A DNA stretch of 64,000 nucleotides from Halobacteriales archaeon (GCA_042219475.1 JBDGPX010000007.1:30433-94432); one strand, 5' to 3'. Positions 1 to 8,693 are shown, counted from the stretch's first letter. Translations and numbers: made by a program. The notes: a model not told the origin generated them from the letters alone.

Positions 1-1682
1 AGTGGCTCGCTGACCAGGACTGGACGAACGGCCGCATCGGCATGTACGGCCTCTCGTATGGCGGTGAGACGACCCTCCGGGCGGCCGCCGAGCGGCCGGC
101 GCCGCTCGAGGCGATCGTCCCTATCCATGCGACCCACACGATGTACCGAGCCCACACCCACGGCGGCGCCGCCGAACTCTACCGCATGGCCGGTGGCTGG
201 GGGCCGATGATGCAGGTCCAGCAGGCGATGCCCCCTTCGCCGCGGGACACCGACGGCCGCTGGGCCGAGGTCTGGGAGGAGCACCTCGCGGAGCTCCGGG
301 AGGGGACTCCCTGGTTGTTCCAGCTCGTCGAACACGACACCCGGGACGCCTATTGGCAGGGCGAGGACATCCCTGTCGACCGGATCGATGTCCCGACGTT
401 CGCGATGACGGGGTGGCGAGATCTGTTCACCACCGCGACCATGGAGTATTTTCCACAGCTGGGCGGCGAGAAACGCCTGCTGCTCGGCCCATGGCGGCAT
501 AACCTTCCCTACGCCGGGCGCGAATCGGCGGTCGACCTCCGCCGGCAGATGGTCGAGTGGTTCGATTACTTCCTCAAGGACGCCGATAACGACGCACTCG
601 ACCATCCGACGATCGAGTACTGGACCGAACGCGACGGCGGCGGAACCGTCGATGGCGGCGTCTGGCGAGGCCGGGAGGAGTGGCCGACCGTCGATACCGA
701 CCCGACGCTTTCGTATGCGTTGACGCCGGATGGACTCTCGGAGACGTCGGCCTACACCGACGGGAAGGGGGTCGTCGAACGCGAGTACGAGTACGATCAC
801 ACCGTCGGCGCTCACTCCACCGAAACCGTCATCCAGACCGTCTGTGAACCGCCGGATACGAGCCCCGATGACGCTCGATCGGTCGTCTTCGAGACCGACC
901 CCCTCGCCGATCCGATCGAGATCACCGGCACGGGTGAGGTCACCCTCCGCGTGACGGCGACGACTGCCGATCCGAACCTCTCGGTGCGGCTCATCGACGT
1001 CAGCCCCGACGGGACGGCCCATCTGGTCACCCACCGGGAGCTCCGGCTGAGCCATCGTAATGGCGATTCGGATCCGGAGTCGCTTACCCCTGGTGAGGAA
1101 TACGAGGTGACCCTCCCGTTGCGGCCGAACTCCCATCTTTTCGAGGCCGGCCATCGGATCCGGCTTGCGATCAGCGCCGGTCTGTTCCCGGGGATGATGC
1201 CACCCCGCGAACAGGGATCGTTCGTGTTCCATTCGATACCCGACCGGCCGTCTACGCTCACCTTTCCCGGTCGCGTTCACGAGGATGATGCGACGTTCGA
1301 GAACGCGATCGAGATGACCGATCCCGACGACACCATGCCGGTCACTTCGCCGCTCATCCGCCGGGACGAGACCGACTGGCGGACGACCCGCAGCCATGTC
1401 GACGATTCAGTGACAGTGACGGTCACCAGCGACAGCGAGACCGACCTCCCATACGCCGATTCCCTGACCTGGCAGTCCGAAACTACTGCCTCAGTGGCGG
1501 CAGCCGATCCGATGTCCGTCGAGATCAGCCGTACCATCACCGCGACGATCGATTATGGGTCCGAAGCGGTCGTGATCGAATCCCAAAGTCGGGTCTCCCA
1601 GGATCTCATTCAACTCGAGACGACGATCACGATCGATGGGACGACGCTGTTCGACGAGTCTTGGTCCCAACACGGCCACTGA
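1..1682 (+). CDS. CocE/NonD family alpha/beta hydrolase (X-Pro dipeptidyl-peptidase-like), 5' end cut by window edge
   Basis: Frame 3 is open from nt 3 (WLADQDWTNGRIGMYGLSYGG), so the listed ATG at 42 is internal. Nucleophile elbow G-L-S-Y-G. C-terminal beta-sandwich-like region (RLIDVSPDGTAHLVTHRELRL, GHRIRLAISAGLFP). Confidence 0.8.
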   Translation, partial: WLADQDWTNGRIGMYGLSYGGETTLRAAAERPAPLEAIVPIHATHTMYRAHTHGGAAELYRMAGGWGPMMQVQQAMPPSPRDTDGRWAEVWEEHLAELREGTPWLFQLVEHDTRDAYWQGEDIPVDRIDVPTFAMTGWRDLFTTATMEYFPQLGGEKRLLLGPWRHNLPYAGRESAVDLRRQMVEWFDYFLKDADNDALDHPTIEYWTERDGGGTVDGGVWRGREEWPTVDTDPTLSYALTPDGLSETSAYTDGKGVVEREYEYDHTVGAHSTETVIQTVCEPPDTSPDDARSVVFETDPLADPIEITGTGEVTLRVTATTADPNLSVRLIDVSPDGTAHLVTHRELRLSHRNGDSDPESLTPGEEYEVTLPLRPNSHLFEAGHRIRLAISAGLFPGMMPPREQGSFVFHSIPDRPSTLTFPGRVHEDDATFENAIEMTDPDDTMPVTSPLIRRDETDWRTTRSHVDDSVTVTVTSDSETDLPYADSLTWQSETTASVAAADPMSVEISRTITATIDYGSEAVVIESQSRVSQDLIQLETTITIDGTTLFDESWSQHGH

Positions 1683-1703
1683 AATCGCCCGGTGAGTCTC
1701 TAG

Positions 1704-1709
1704 TTTTTT
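1704..1709 (+). terminator. oligo-T tract (T6) downstream of the hydrolase gene
   Basis: TTTTTT 22 nt after the stop codon. Archaeal termination commonly uses oligo-T. No experimental support. Confidence 0.3.
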
Positions 1710-1733
1710 GCCCGGTCCGGTCCAGTACGAGCT

Positions 1734-3338
1734 ATGGCCTACGATCTCCTCATCGACAACGCAAAGGTCGTCGACGGCACCGGTGCCCCGTGGTTTCGCG
1801 GATCAGTCGGCGTACGCGACGGCGTGATCGATGCCGTCCACCGCGAGGCCGATCCCGGCGTCGATGCCACCGAGATAATCGATGCTGACGGTGCTGTCGT
1901 CTGCCCCGGATTCGTCGATACCCATTCCCACTCGGATCTCCAGCTGTTCGCCGATCCGGCCTTGGAACCGAAGATCAGACAGGGTATCACCACCGAAATC
2001 CTCGGCCAGGACGGCTTTTCGATGGCGCCGCTCTATCGGTCGGATGCCCCGGCTGAGTGGCAGCGCCACCTCAGTGCCCTCGCCGGCAGCGTCGATCTCG
2101 ACTGGTCCTGGCAGTCCCTCGCGGAGTACTTCGACGCGATCGAGGCGAACGGTCTCGTGCCCAACGTCGCCTCGCTTGTCGGTCATGGGACGGTTCGGTT
2201 CGAAGTGCTTGGGATGGCCGACCGGGCGCCCACTGACGAGGAACGCGAGCGAATGGGGGAGCTGGTAACGGAAGCGCTCGAGGACGGCGCCGTCGGCTTT
2301 TCGACCGGTCTGATCTATACCCCCCAGTCCCACGCGACCACCGAGGAAGTCCGGGCGTTGGCCACCCGACTCGGCCCCTACGGGCGGCCGTTCATCGCCC
2401 ACATCCGTTCGGAAGGCCGCTGGCTCTGGGAGGGGCTCGATGAGTTCGTCGATATCGGTGCGGAAGCCGGTGTGCCGTTGCACCTCTCACACTTCAAAGT
2501 CGCTGGCGCCCAACAGCACGGGAAGGCCGACCGGGCGATCGAACTGGTCGAGACAGCCCGCGAACGTGACGTCGATTTCACCGTCGAACAGTACCCCTAC
2601 ACCGCCGGGAGTACGATGCTCTCGGCCGTTCTCCCGCCGTGGGTCCACGCCGAGGGCACCGAGCAGGCTCTCGCGTATCTCGCTGATCCCGAGGCTCGTG
2701 AGCGCATCCGCCGGGATATCACCGAGTGGCGGATCGACGGCTGGGAGAACATCGGTACCCTCTCTGGATGGGAAAATGTCGTCGTCTCGAGCGTGACCAC
2801 CGAGGCGAACACCGACCTCGAAGGGCAGTCGATCGCCGACATCGCGGCCGAACGCGGTCCAGGGCCGGTCGAAACTGTCTGTGATATCTTGCTTGAGGAG
2901 GAATTAGGCGCCTCGATGGTCATCCATCTCCTCGACGAGGCCGACGTACGGAAGATTCTCGCGTTCGAACGGGTGAACGTCGCGACCGACGGCTTGTTCG
3001 GCGGCACGCCCCATCCCCGCGTCTACGGCACCTATCCACGAGTGTTGGGTCACTATGTCCGCGAGGAAAACCTCCTCACCCTTGAGGAAGCAGTCCGGAA
3101 GATGACATCGCTGCCCGCTCGCGCGATGGGGCTCCAACACAAAGGTGTGATCCGGCCGGGGATGGACGCCGACCTCGTGGTGTTCGATCCCGCCCGCATC
3201 GCCAGCCGGGCGACCTTCGAGGAGCCGACGCAGTTCCCGGTCGGTCTCCCACACGTCATTGTCAACGGCGTACCGGTCGTCCGTGACGGCGAGACGACCG
3301 ACGAGCGTCCCGGGTCAGTCGTGCGGGACGGCCACTAA
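1734..3338 (+). CDS. N-acyl-D-amino-acid deacylase (D-aminoacylase) family amidohydrolase
   Basis: 534-aa ORF. N-terminal metal motif PGFVDTHSHSD. Overall layout matches the D-aminoacylase branch of the amidohydrolase superfamily. Confidence 0.8.
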   Translation: MAYDLLIDNAKVVDGTGAPWFRGSVGVRDGVIDAVHREADPGVDATEIIDADGAVVCPGFVDTHSHSDLQLFADPALEPKIRQGITTEILGQDGFSMAPLYRSDAPAEWQRHLSALAGSVDLDWSWQSLAEYFDAIEANGLVPNVASLVGHGTVRFEVLGMADRAPTDEERERMGELVTEALEDGAVGFSTGLIYTPQSHATTEEVRALATRLGPYGRPFIAHIRSEGRWLWEGLDEFVDIGAEAGVPLHLSHFKVAGAQQHGKADRAIELVETARERDVDFTVEQYPYTAGSTMLSAVLPPWVHAEGTEQALAYLADPEARERIRRDITEWRIDGWENIGTLSGWENVVVSSVTTEANTDLEGQSIADIAAERGPGPVETVCDILLEEELGASMVIHLLDEADVRKILAFERVNVATDGLFGGTPHPRVYGTYPRVLGHYVREENLLTLEEAVRKMTSLPARAMGLQHKGVIRPGMDADLVVFDPARIASRATFEEPTQFPVGLPHVIVNGVPVVRDGETTDERPGSVVRDGH

Positions 3339-3820
3339 CGGTCCCTTCGCTTTGCCGCGTCGTTCTTTAAGTGGTTCTCGTTACAAGCAGTAGATATGAA
3401 CGAGCTGCAGAGCGACAGCGCTCTTCGTCGATCGTCGTGAGCGTCGTCTGATGATCATATTCGATCCCCGGTTCGATGCTTTGGCCGACGATACAATCTT
3501 CGTCATAGACTGCCAAACTATCGGTTCGGATCATCCCCGAACTGCAGGTAGGATATCCCCTTCGCTGACACAACTGCTCACGACGATCTCGCGCTGTCAC
3601 CGTCGCTCCACCCCACGGCCGGTGACACGATTGAACGCCCCCGGAATATCTGCCAGATCGAGACCAGAGTGAAAGTGATTTATCACCCCTCCAAAACGAC
3701 AGCAGACGGTCGGATCCCCAGTGGAAGCACAGGGGTTGGTGAACCGTCCGGATGGACCCCCACCAACTCTTGCCCGTTCGATGCCGTTTTTCGATTCTAT
3801 CCTATGTTGGATCCCCTTCT

Positions 3821-4657
3821 TCACTCCGGTGGACTGTCCCACTCCGCGCCGTTGTCCTGTGGTTCGTAGCCGATCACGTCCCGAGCATGGTCTAGGTCAT
3901 CGAGCCACCGCGTGTCGTTGTTGCTCACGCCGTAGAACTGATCCCACTCGACCGTCTCGTCTTGGAGACAACAGTCGACCATCTGTGCCAGATCCCGTCG
4001 GGACTGCCAGACCGCCTTCAGTCGGGCAACGCGTTCCGCGTATTCATCGCTCCCGCGTTCCCACCTACCGTCGTCGACTCCCATCTCGGCGTACCCGTAC
4101 GGGTGATCATACTCCGGTGCCAAGACAGCCCCGATCCGTAGTGCGTAAAAACGGATGCCGTGAGCCTCGTTCGCCAGCCGTCCGAGATCCTCGCCGTAGG
4201 TTTTAGTCAGTCCGTAAGGCGAATCGGGTCGGTGTGGCTCCGTTTCATCGATGCGGTAGCTCGTGTCGTGATAGATCTCCGGGCGGTTTCGAACCTCGAC
4301 CATGCCGACGGCGTGGTGTGAGGACGCGAACACGATCGAGTCCAGATCCGCGTCGACCGCCGCCTTGAACACGTTGTTGTGTCCCTGTAGGTTGTCTTTT
4401 ACTGGTTCCATCCAGCCGAGCTCTCGGGAATGGCGGCCGCCAGTTCCCGGAATCAGGGCCAAGTGAACAACGGCATCCATGCCGTCGAAGTGTGGTCGGA
4501 GTGCGTCATAGTCGCGGACGTCCGCCGTAACCGATTCACCGGGGATGTTGTCATCCTCGAGGTCGACGTACGTGAACTCATAGCGGTCGTCGTCGTGGAG
4601 ATGATCCGTAATGGCTGTTCCAACCTTGCCGTTCGCGCCTGTTACAAGGACATCCAT
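3821..4657 (-). CDS. NAD-dependent epimerase/dehydratase family protein
   Basis: 278 aa. N-terminal Rossmann motif MDVLVTGANGKVG. Confidence 0.75.
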   Translation of the reverse strand: MDVLVTGANGKVGTAITDHLHDDDRYEFTYVDLEDDNIPGESVTADVRDYDALRPHFDGMDAVVHLALIPGTGGRHSRELGWMEPVKDNLQGHNNVFKAAVDADLDSIVFASSHHAVGMVEVRNRPEIYHDTSYRIDETEPHRPDSPYGLTKTYGEDLGRLANEAHGIRFYALRIGAVLAPEYDHPYGYAEMGVDDGRWERGSDEYAERVARLKAVWQSRRDLAQMVDCCLQDETVEWDQFYGVSNNDTRWLDDLDHARDVIGYEPQDNGAEWDSPPE

Positions 4658-4686
4658 GTTCCCAGATTCCGAGTGTTCTATTTAAT

Positions 4687-4870
4687 TGTTGTTCAGGGCG
4701 CTAAGTGCCCTTCCTCACGGAGTGAGCCGAAGGCAGGCGAGTAGGGAGGGGATACAGCGCCAGTCACCGTCTTCCGCGTCTTCCGAACAGACCCTCCATC
4801 ACACTTACTCCCCGGACTCGCGGTGTGACCGCGAATTGAGCTCCCACCGTTTTCGCCTACGTAAATTCAC
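4687..4870 (+). repeat. GC-rich hairpin repeat, copy A (colinear with 34507-34711)
   Basis: By-eye alignment to copy B shares the blocks GCTAAG, CCTTCCTCA, CGGAG, GCCGAAGG, GGGAGGG, ATAC, GTCACCG, TCGCGG and CCCACC in the same order. Non-coding. Confidence 0.6.
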
Positions 4871-5073
4871 CCGTTGAGGGTAAAGACATGTTCTCGGTCG
4901 GCCCCACAGCTCGGACAGACGTGGTGATAGACGATTTGGCGACCGTCCGTCCGGCTCGTCCAATTGCCGTTGTCGTCGACGAACCCACATTCCGGACACT
5001 TCGTCTCGGTGGTCTCGTACCGCCGCCGGAGCCGTGCGAGCGCTGTTTTCCCGTCTATGCCGTTTGTTACCAT
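4867..5073 (-). CDS. small zinc-ribbon protein (two CPxCG motifs)
   Basis: 68-aa ORF with CPECG and CPSCG. Small CPxCG zinc-finger proteins are common in haloarchaea. Confidence 0.6.
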   Translation of the reverse strand: MVTNGIDGKTALARLRRRYETTETKCPECGFVDDNGNWTSRTDGRQIVYHHVCPSCGADREHVFTLNG

Positions 5074-5228
5074 GGTACATCATTGGTGCTGTTTAGCAAT
5101 AAAATCCTCGTCGATCAGTCACCGGTTTCGATCGAGGCAGTGACGCTGGATTCGGGTTCGGCATCTCTTCCCGGCAATACCGTCGTGGAGGCGACGCCGT
5201 GGACGGCCACTTCCGATCCCCCGATCGA

Positions 5229-6422
5229 TTAGGTCCGATCGAGACCGCGTTCGAGATCGGCCAGAATATCCGCTGTCCGCTCGATCCCGACCGACAGTCG
5301 GAATAGTGAATCGGAGATCCCCATTGCATCGAGTATCTTCTGGTCGAGATAGTGATGCGTCATCGTCGGCACGTGGGCGATCAGGGATTCGACACCGCCC
5401 AGACTCACGGCCGGCCGGATGTGCTCAACGGCGTCGAGTACCGTCGCGGCTGCCGACTCTCCCCCGTCGATCTCAAACGATAGCATGCCGCCGTATCCAT
5501 CCATCTGTTCGGTCGCTAACGTGTGCTGGGGATGCCGCTCCAACCCCGGATAGTGGATCGCGTCTACTGCGGGGTGATTCGCTAAAAATTCGGCAACGGC
5601 CATCGCATTGCGCTGGTGTCGATCCATCCGAGCCGGGAGCGTCTTGCTCCCTCGGAGAACGAGGTACGCATCGACCGGCGAGAGGACCGATCCAGTCCCG
5701 TATTTTTGTACGAATTCGACAGCCTCGGCGATGGCATCATCGCGGGTGATGATAGCGCCGCCGAGCGAATCGGAGTGGCCGTTAATGTATTTCGTGGTGC
5801 TGTGGACGACGACATCGGCCCCCAGTTCAAGCGGTCGCTGACAGTAGGGGCTCGCGAACGTATTATCGACACAGAACGTAGCACTCGTCTCGGCGGTGAG
5901 TTCGGCGATCGCTTCGATATCACAGAGTTTCATCAGTGGGTTCGTCGGGCTTTCGACCCAGACGAGCGCTGTTTCGGGCGTGATGGCGGCTTCGACTGCC
6001 TCGATCGTCGTCGCATCGACGTACTCGACGTCGATATCGAAGGTGGGTGCGTAGATCTCGTCGAACAGCTTCCGGGTGCCCCCATACAAATAATTGAACG
6101 CGACGACGTGGTCGCCAGGTTCAAGCAACGACATGGCGATCGTTCCGATGGCGCCCATCCCCGATGCGAGCGCCAGCGCGTGTTCACCGCTCCCAAGCGA
6201 GGCCAGTCGGTGCTCGAGGGCCGTCCGAGTCGGATTGCCGCTCCTGGTGTAGGTGTACTCGGGATCGCTCGCCACTTCCTCGTGGGTGAACGTCGTCGAC
6301 AGGTGGATCGGTGAGACGATATCGCCGACAGCAGTCGTCTGGGGATCTTCGCCGACAGCGATCGCTCGGGTGGCGAAATGATGGGCTGAATCGTCGCGGG
6401 TCGGATCAGGATTACTGGGCAC
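5229..6422 (-). CDS. Cys/Met-metabolism PLP-dependent enzyme (cystathionine gamma-synthase/gamma-lyase/sulfhydrylase family)
   Basis: 397 aa with a GTG start. PLP-lysine region VVHSTTKYINGHSD. Family-typical length. Confidence 0.85.
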   Translation of the reverse strand: MPSNPDPTRDDSAHHFATRAIAVGEDPQTTAVGDIVSPIHLSTTFTHEEVASDPEYTYTRSGNPTRTALEHRLASLGSGEHALALASGMGAIGTIAMSLLEPGDHVVAFNYLYGGTRKLFDEIYAPTFDIDVEYVDATTIEAVEAAITPETALVWVESPTNPLMKLCDIEAIAELTAETSATFCVDNTFASPYCQRPLELGADVVVHSTTKYINGHSDSLGGAIITRDDAIAEAVEFVQKYGTGSVLSPVDAYLVLRGSKTLPARMDRHQRNAMAVAEFLANHPAVDAIHYPGLERHPQHTLATEQMDGYGGMLSFEIDGGESAAATVLDAVEHIRPAVSLGGVESLIAHVPTMTHHYLDQKILDAMGISDSLFRLSVGIERTADILADLERGLDRT

Positions 6423-6589
6423 TCTCTATAAATCGTAATAACACGATATATAATTGGCTATCTTTTACCAACCCTCGATTTGATGGCTGATTTACCGGTA
6501 AAAAGTCTTGAAACCACCGAAATGATACCTTGGAATATTTAATATATCGTGTCATACCGATCCGTTTTATTGGATCCGTAATATTTATA

Positions 6590-6619
6590 TTAGCAATAGC
6601 TAATATTAGTAATTGCTAA
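6590..6619. promoter_or_regulatory. nested 30-bp palindrome abutting the arsR start codon (candidate ArsR operator)
   Basis: TTAGCAAT ag CTAATATTAG ta ATTGCTAA. The outer 8-bp arms and the inner 10-bp perfect palindrome share the same centre (6604.5). A TTTATAT TATA-like box lies at 6584-6590 and the ATG at 6621. Confidence 0.5.
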
Positions 6620-6620
6620 A

Positions 6621-6995
6621 ATGGATCAACAACACGCTAATGGTGAAGTGGCTGATCCCTCGCACCGACCCGCTGGCTGCTGTCGACCAGCCGGTCATTC
6701 CCTTTCCGAAGCGGAGGTCGCAACTGACGTCCAGACATTTGCGGCCCTCGGAAACGATACCCGATATGAAGCCCTCCGACTCATCGCGGAGACCGACGGC
6801 GCCGTGTGTGTCTGTGATCTAGAGCCAGCTCTCGGCGTGAGCCAGGGTGCCGTGAGCCAGGCCCTCTCACGGCTCTTTAGCGCCGGATTAGTTGAGCGCG
6901 AAAAGGAGGGGCGATGGCGCTACTACACCGCAACGACACGTGCAAACCGACTCCTCGATACCGTCGATGCGACACGGACATCTACCGATGAGTGA
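6621..6995 (+). CDS. arsR: ArsR/SmtB family metalloregulator
   Basis: 124 aa. wHTH with the CVCDL metalloid-binding motif. Followed by an arsenite methyltransferase-like gene. Confidence 0.85.
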   Translation: MDQQHANGEVADPSHRPAGCCRPAGHSLSEAEVATDVQTFAALGNDTRYEALRLIAETDGAVCVCDLEPALGVSQGAVSQALSRLFSAGLVEREKEGRWRYYTATTRANRLLDTVDATRTSTDE

Positions 6996-7686
6996 TGAGT
7001 CATCCACTCCCGACATCGCCGAACAATCGCTCGATGCCGACACACAACGCGCTGCCGTACGGGATCGTTACGGCCAGCTCGCGACGACTTCGGGATCATG
7101 TTGCCATCACGTCGATCTCAATAAGGAACCACCACACTCCGGCGAGTATTTAGATCTAGGATGTGGCGATCCGACTGCCATCGCCAATCTGGAGACGGGC
7201 GATACCGTGCTTGATCTGGGCTCCGGTGGCGGTTTCGATTGTTTCCGTGCGGCCAAGCACGTCGGGTCGGACGGTCACGTCATCGGTGTCGACATGACGC
7301 CGGAAATGGTCGATACTGCACGCGAGCGTGCCGAAGCACGCGATACGGGGACTGTCGAGTTCCGACTCGGCGAAATCGAACATCTCCCGGTCGCGAACAC
7401 TTCCATCGATGTGGTCCTATCGGACTGTGTGATCAACCTCTCGCCGGACAAATCACGGGTGTTTCGTAAGGCCTATCGAGCTCTGCGTCCGGGTGGCAAT
7501 CTCGTGATCTCCGATATCGTCGCGACGACCGAGCTCCCAACCGATGTCCAGCATGACCCGGACGCAGTCGCCGCCTGCATTGGCGGTGCCACAGCCATGC
7601 GCGACTATGAACGGCTACTGACCGCTTGCCGGGTTCACGGAGATCACGACCGAATCAACGACCGCGGGCCAGCACTGTGCCTGTGA
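6988..7686 (+). CDS. arsM: arsenite S-adenosylmethionine methyltransferase-like protein, 3' end apparently frameshifted
   Basis: SAM motif [11 protein letters not shown]. Conserved Cys regions SCCH/LGCGDP, SDCVINL and AACIGGA. ATG 6988 overlaps the arsR stop by 8 nt (ATGAGTGA). The expected AGFTEI C-terminal continuation is in the +1 frame from about 7626 and runs to a stop at 7780. Confidence 0.8.
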   Translation: MSDESSTPDIAEQSLDADTQRAAVRDRYGQLATTSGSCCHHVDLNKEPPHSGEYLDLGCGDPTAIANLETGDTVLDLGSGGGFDCFRAAKHVGSDGHVIGVDMTPEMVDTARERAEARDTGTVEFRLGEIEHLPVANTSIDVVLSDCVINLSPDKSRVFRKAYRALRPGGNLVISDIVATTELPTDVQHDPDAVAACIGGATAMRDYERLLTACRVHGDHDRINDRGPALCL

Positions 7687-7862
7687 TTGTGATGCTGACG
7701 CTGCGCTGATCGATCACCTACTGACCGCGACGATCGAAGCGACGAAACCTCCAACAGCGGCGAACTCTCCTGTGAGTTAACCACGCCGGGATATCCCGCT
7801 CCCGTCACCGACTGTCCTGTATCGAATAACATAGCCACAACCCCAACAGCATTCCAGTATCA

Positions 7863-8141
7863 ATGTACCCCCCAGCAACCATCCTCACGAGTCGTTCGAC
7901 CACACAACCGCCCAGCTGGAGCGCTCTCGTCGTCAGCTACGCTTTGATCCCCATTGTCTTCCTGTCGTTGTGGATCCTCGAACAGCCACTGGCTGGGAGT
8001 TTCGTGATCGCAACACTCGCCGGGATCGGGCTTGGAACGCGACGGATACTAACGGTGATTCGATGTGTCCGCGATTGTGGCGCCTGTTCGCTGGCTGTGG
8101 CCGGTGATATCCACATCACGATTGCCCGGATCGATGGCTGA
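7863..8141 (+). CDS. hypothetical small membrane protein
   Basis: 92-aa ORF with two hydrophobic segments and a Cys-rich tail CVRDCGAC. No family recognised. Confidence 0.3.
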   Translation: MYPPATILTSRSTTQPPSWSALVVSYALIPIVFLSLWILEQPLAGSFVIATLAGIGLGTRRILTVIRCVRDCGACSLAVAGDIHITIARIDG

Positions 8142-8693
8142 TCACACGTCGGAGTACCATGGGGAGGTTTCAAGCTCCTCCTACGGCCTACCTTCCAGAA
8201 CGATCGAAACCGCCGGAAAGACCGTGAGAGGAGGTGGGTAATCCCACACAGTGGCACAGTAGAGAGTATTCAACCCCAAGCAGTGGACGTCGGATACCAC
8301 GCCTCCGACAGGGCAGTCGGGTTTTCGGACCGGTTTCTTGCAGCCCTACGGATGGCGGATACTGTTACCCCGAATCGGCACAGTACAACTCCTTGTCCAC
8401 GCCGTGACATACCGACCGTGCCGCGATCCTCCGCAAGTCGGCGATGTACTGATCCCGACGCGGCTACAATTTCTTCGACATGTGGGAGCCATAGCGGTTG
8501 AGCACGCTATCGAACACGGCGCGAGACGGCTCGGAAATACTGACCTCGTGCTAGGTTTTGATATCGATTTCGCCATTGTCTCGACGCATTCGAGTCAACG
8601 CTGGTCGCCCGCTCCTGACTGTCACTAGATCGTCAACTGTTTCGTCGAGCGGGAGGAAAGGATGTTTCAGTGCTGACCTGCTTCTGTGGGCTA

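Noticed and set aside
3597-3842. 81-aa minus-strand ORF whose tail (HFHSGLDLADIPGAFNRV) vaguely resembles the C-terminus of PIN/VapC toxins
   Set aside because: Only a few residues match, the acidic PIN core residues are not recognisable upstream, and no partner antitoxin ORF is present.
6481-6530. C/D-box sRNA-like elements (TGATGG, CTGA, ATGATA) in the AT-rich spacer
   Set aside because: The putative C and D' boxes are directly adjacent with no guide spacing, and no terminal D box or closing stem is present.
8338-8628. 96-aa plus-strand ORF in the arsM-taw1 spacer
   Set aside because: Atypical composition and no motifs. The opposite strand gives a more coherent, though degraded, integrase-like reading.
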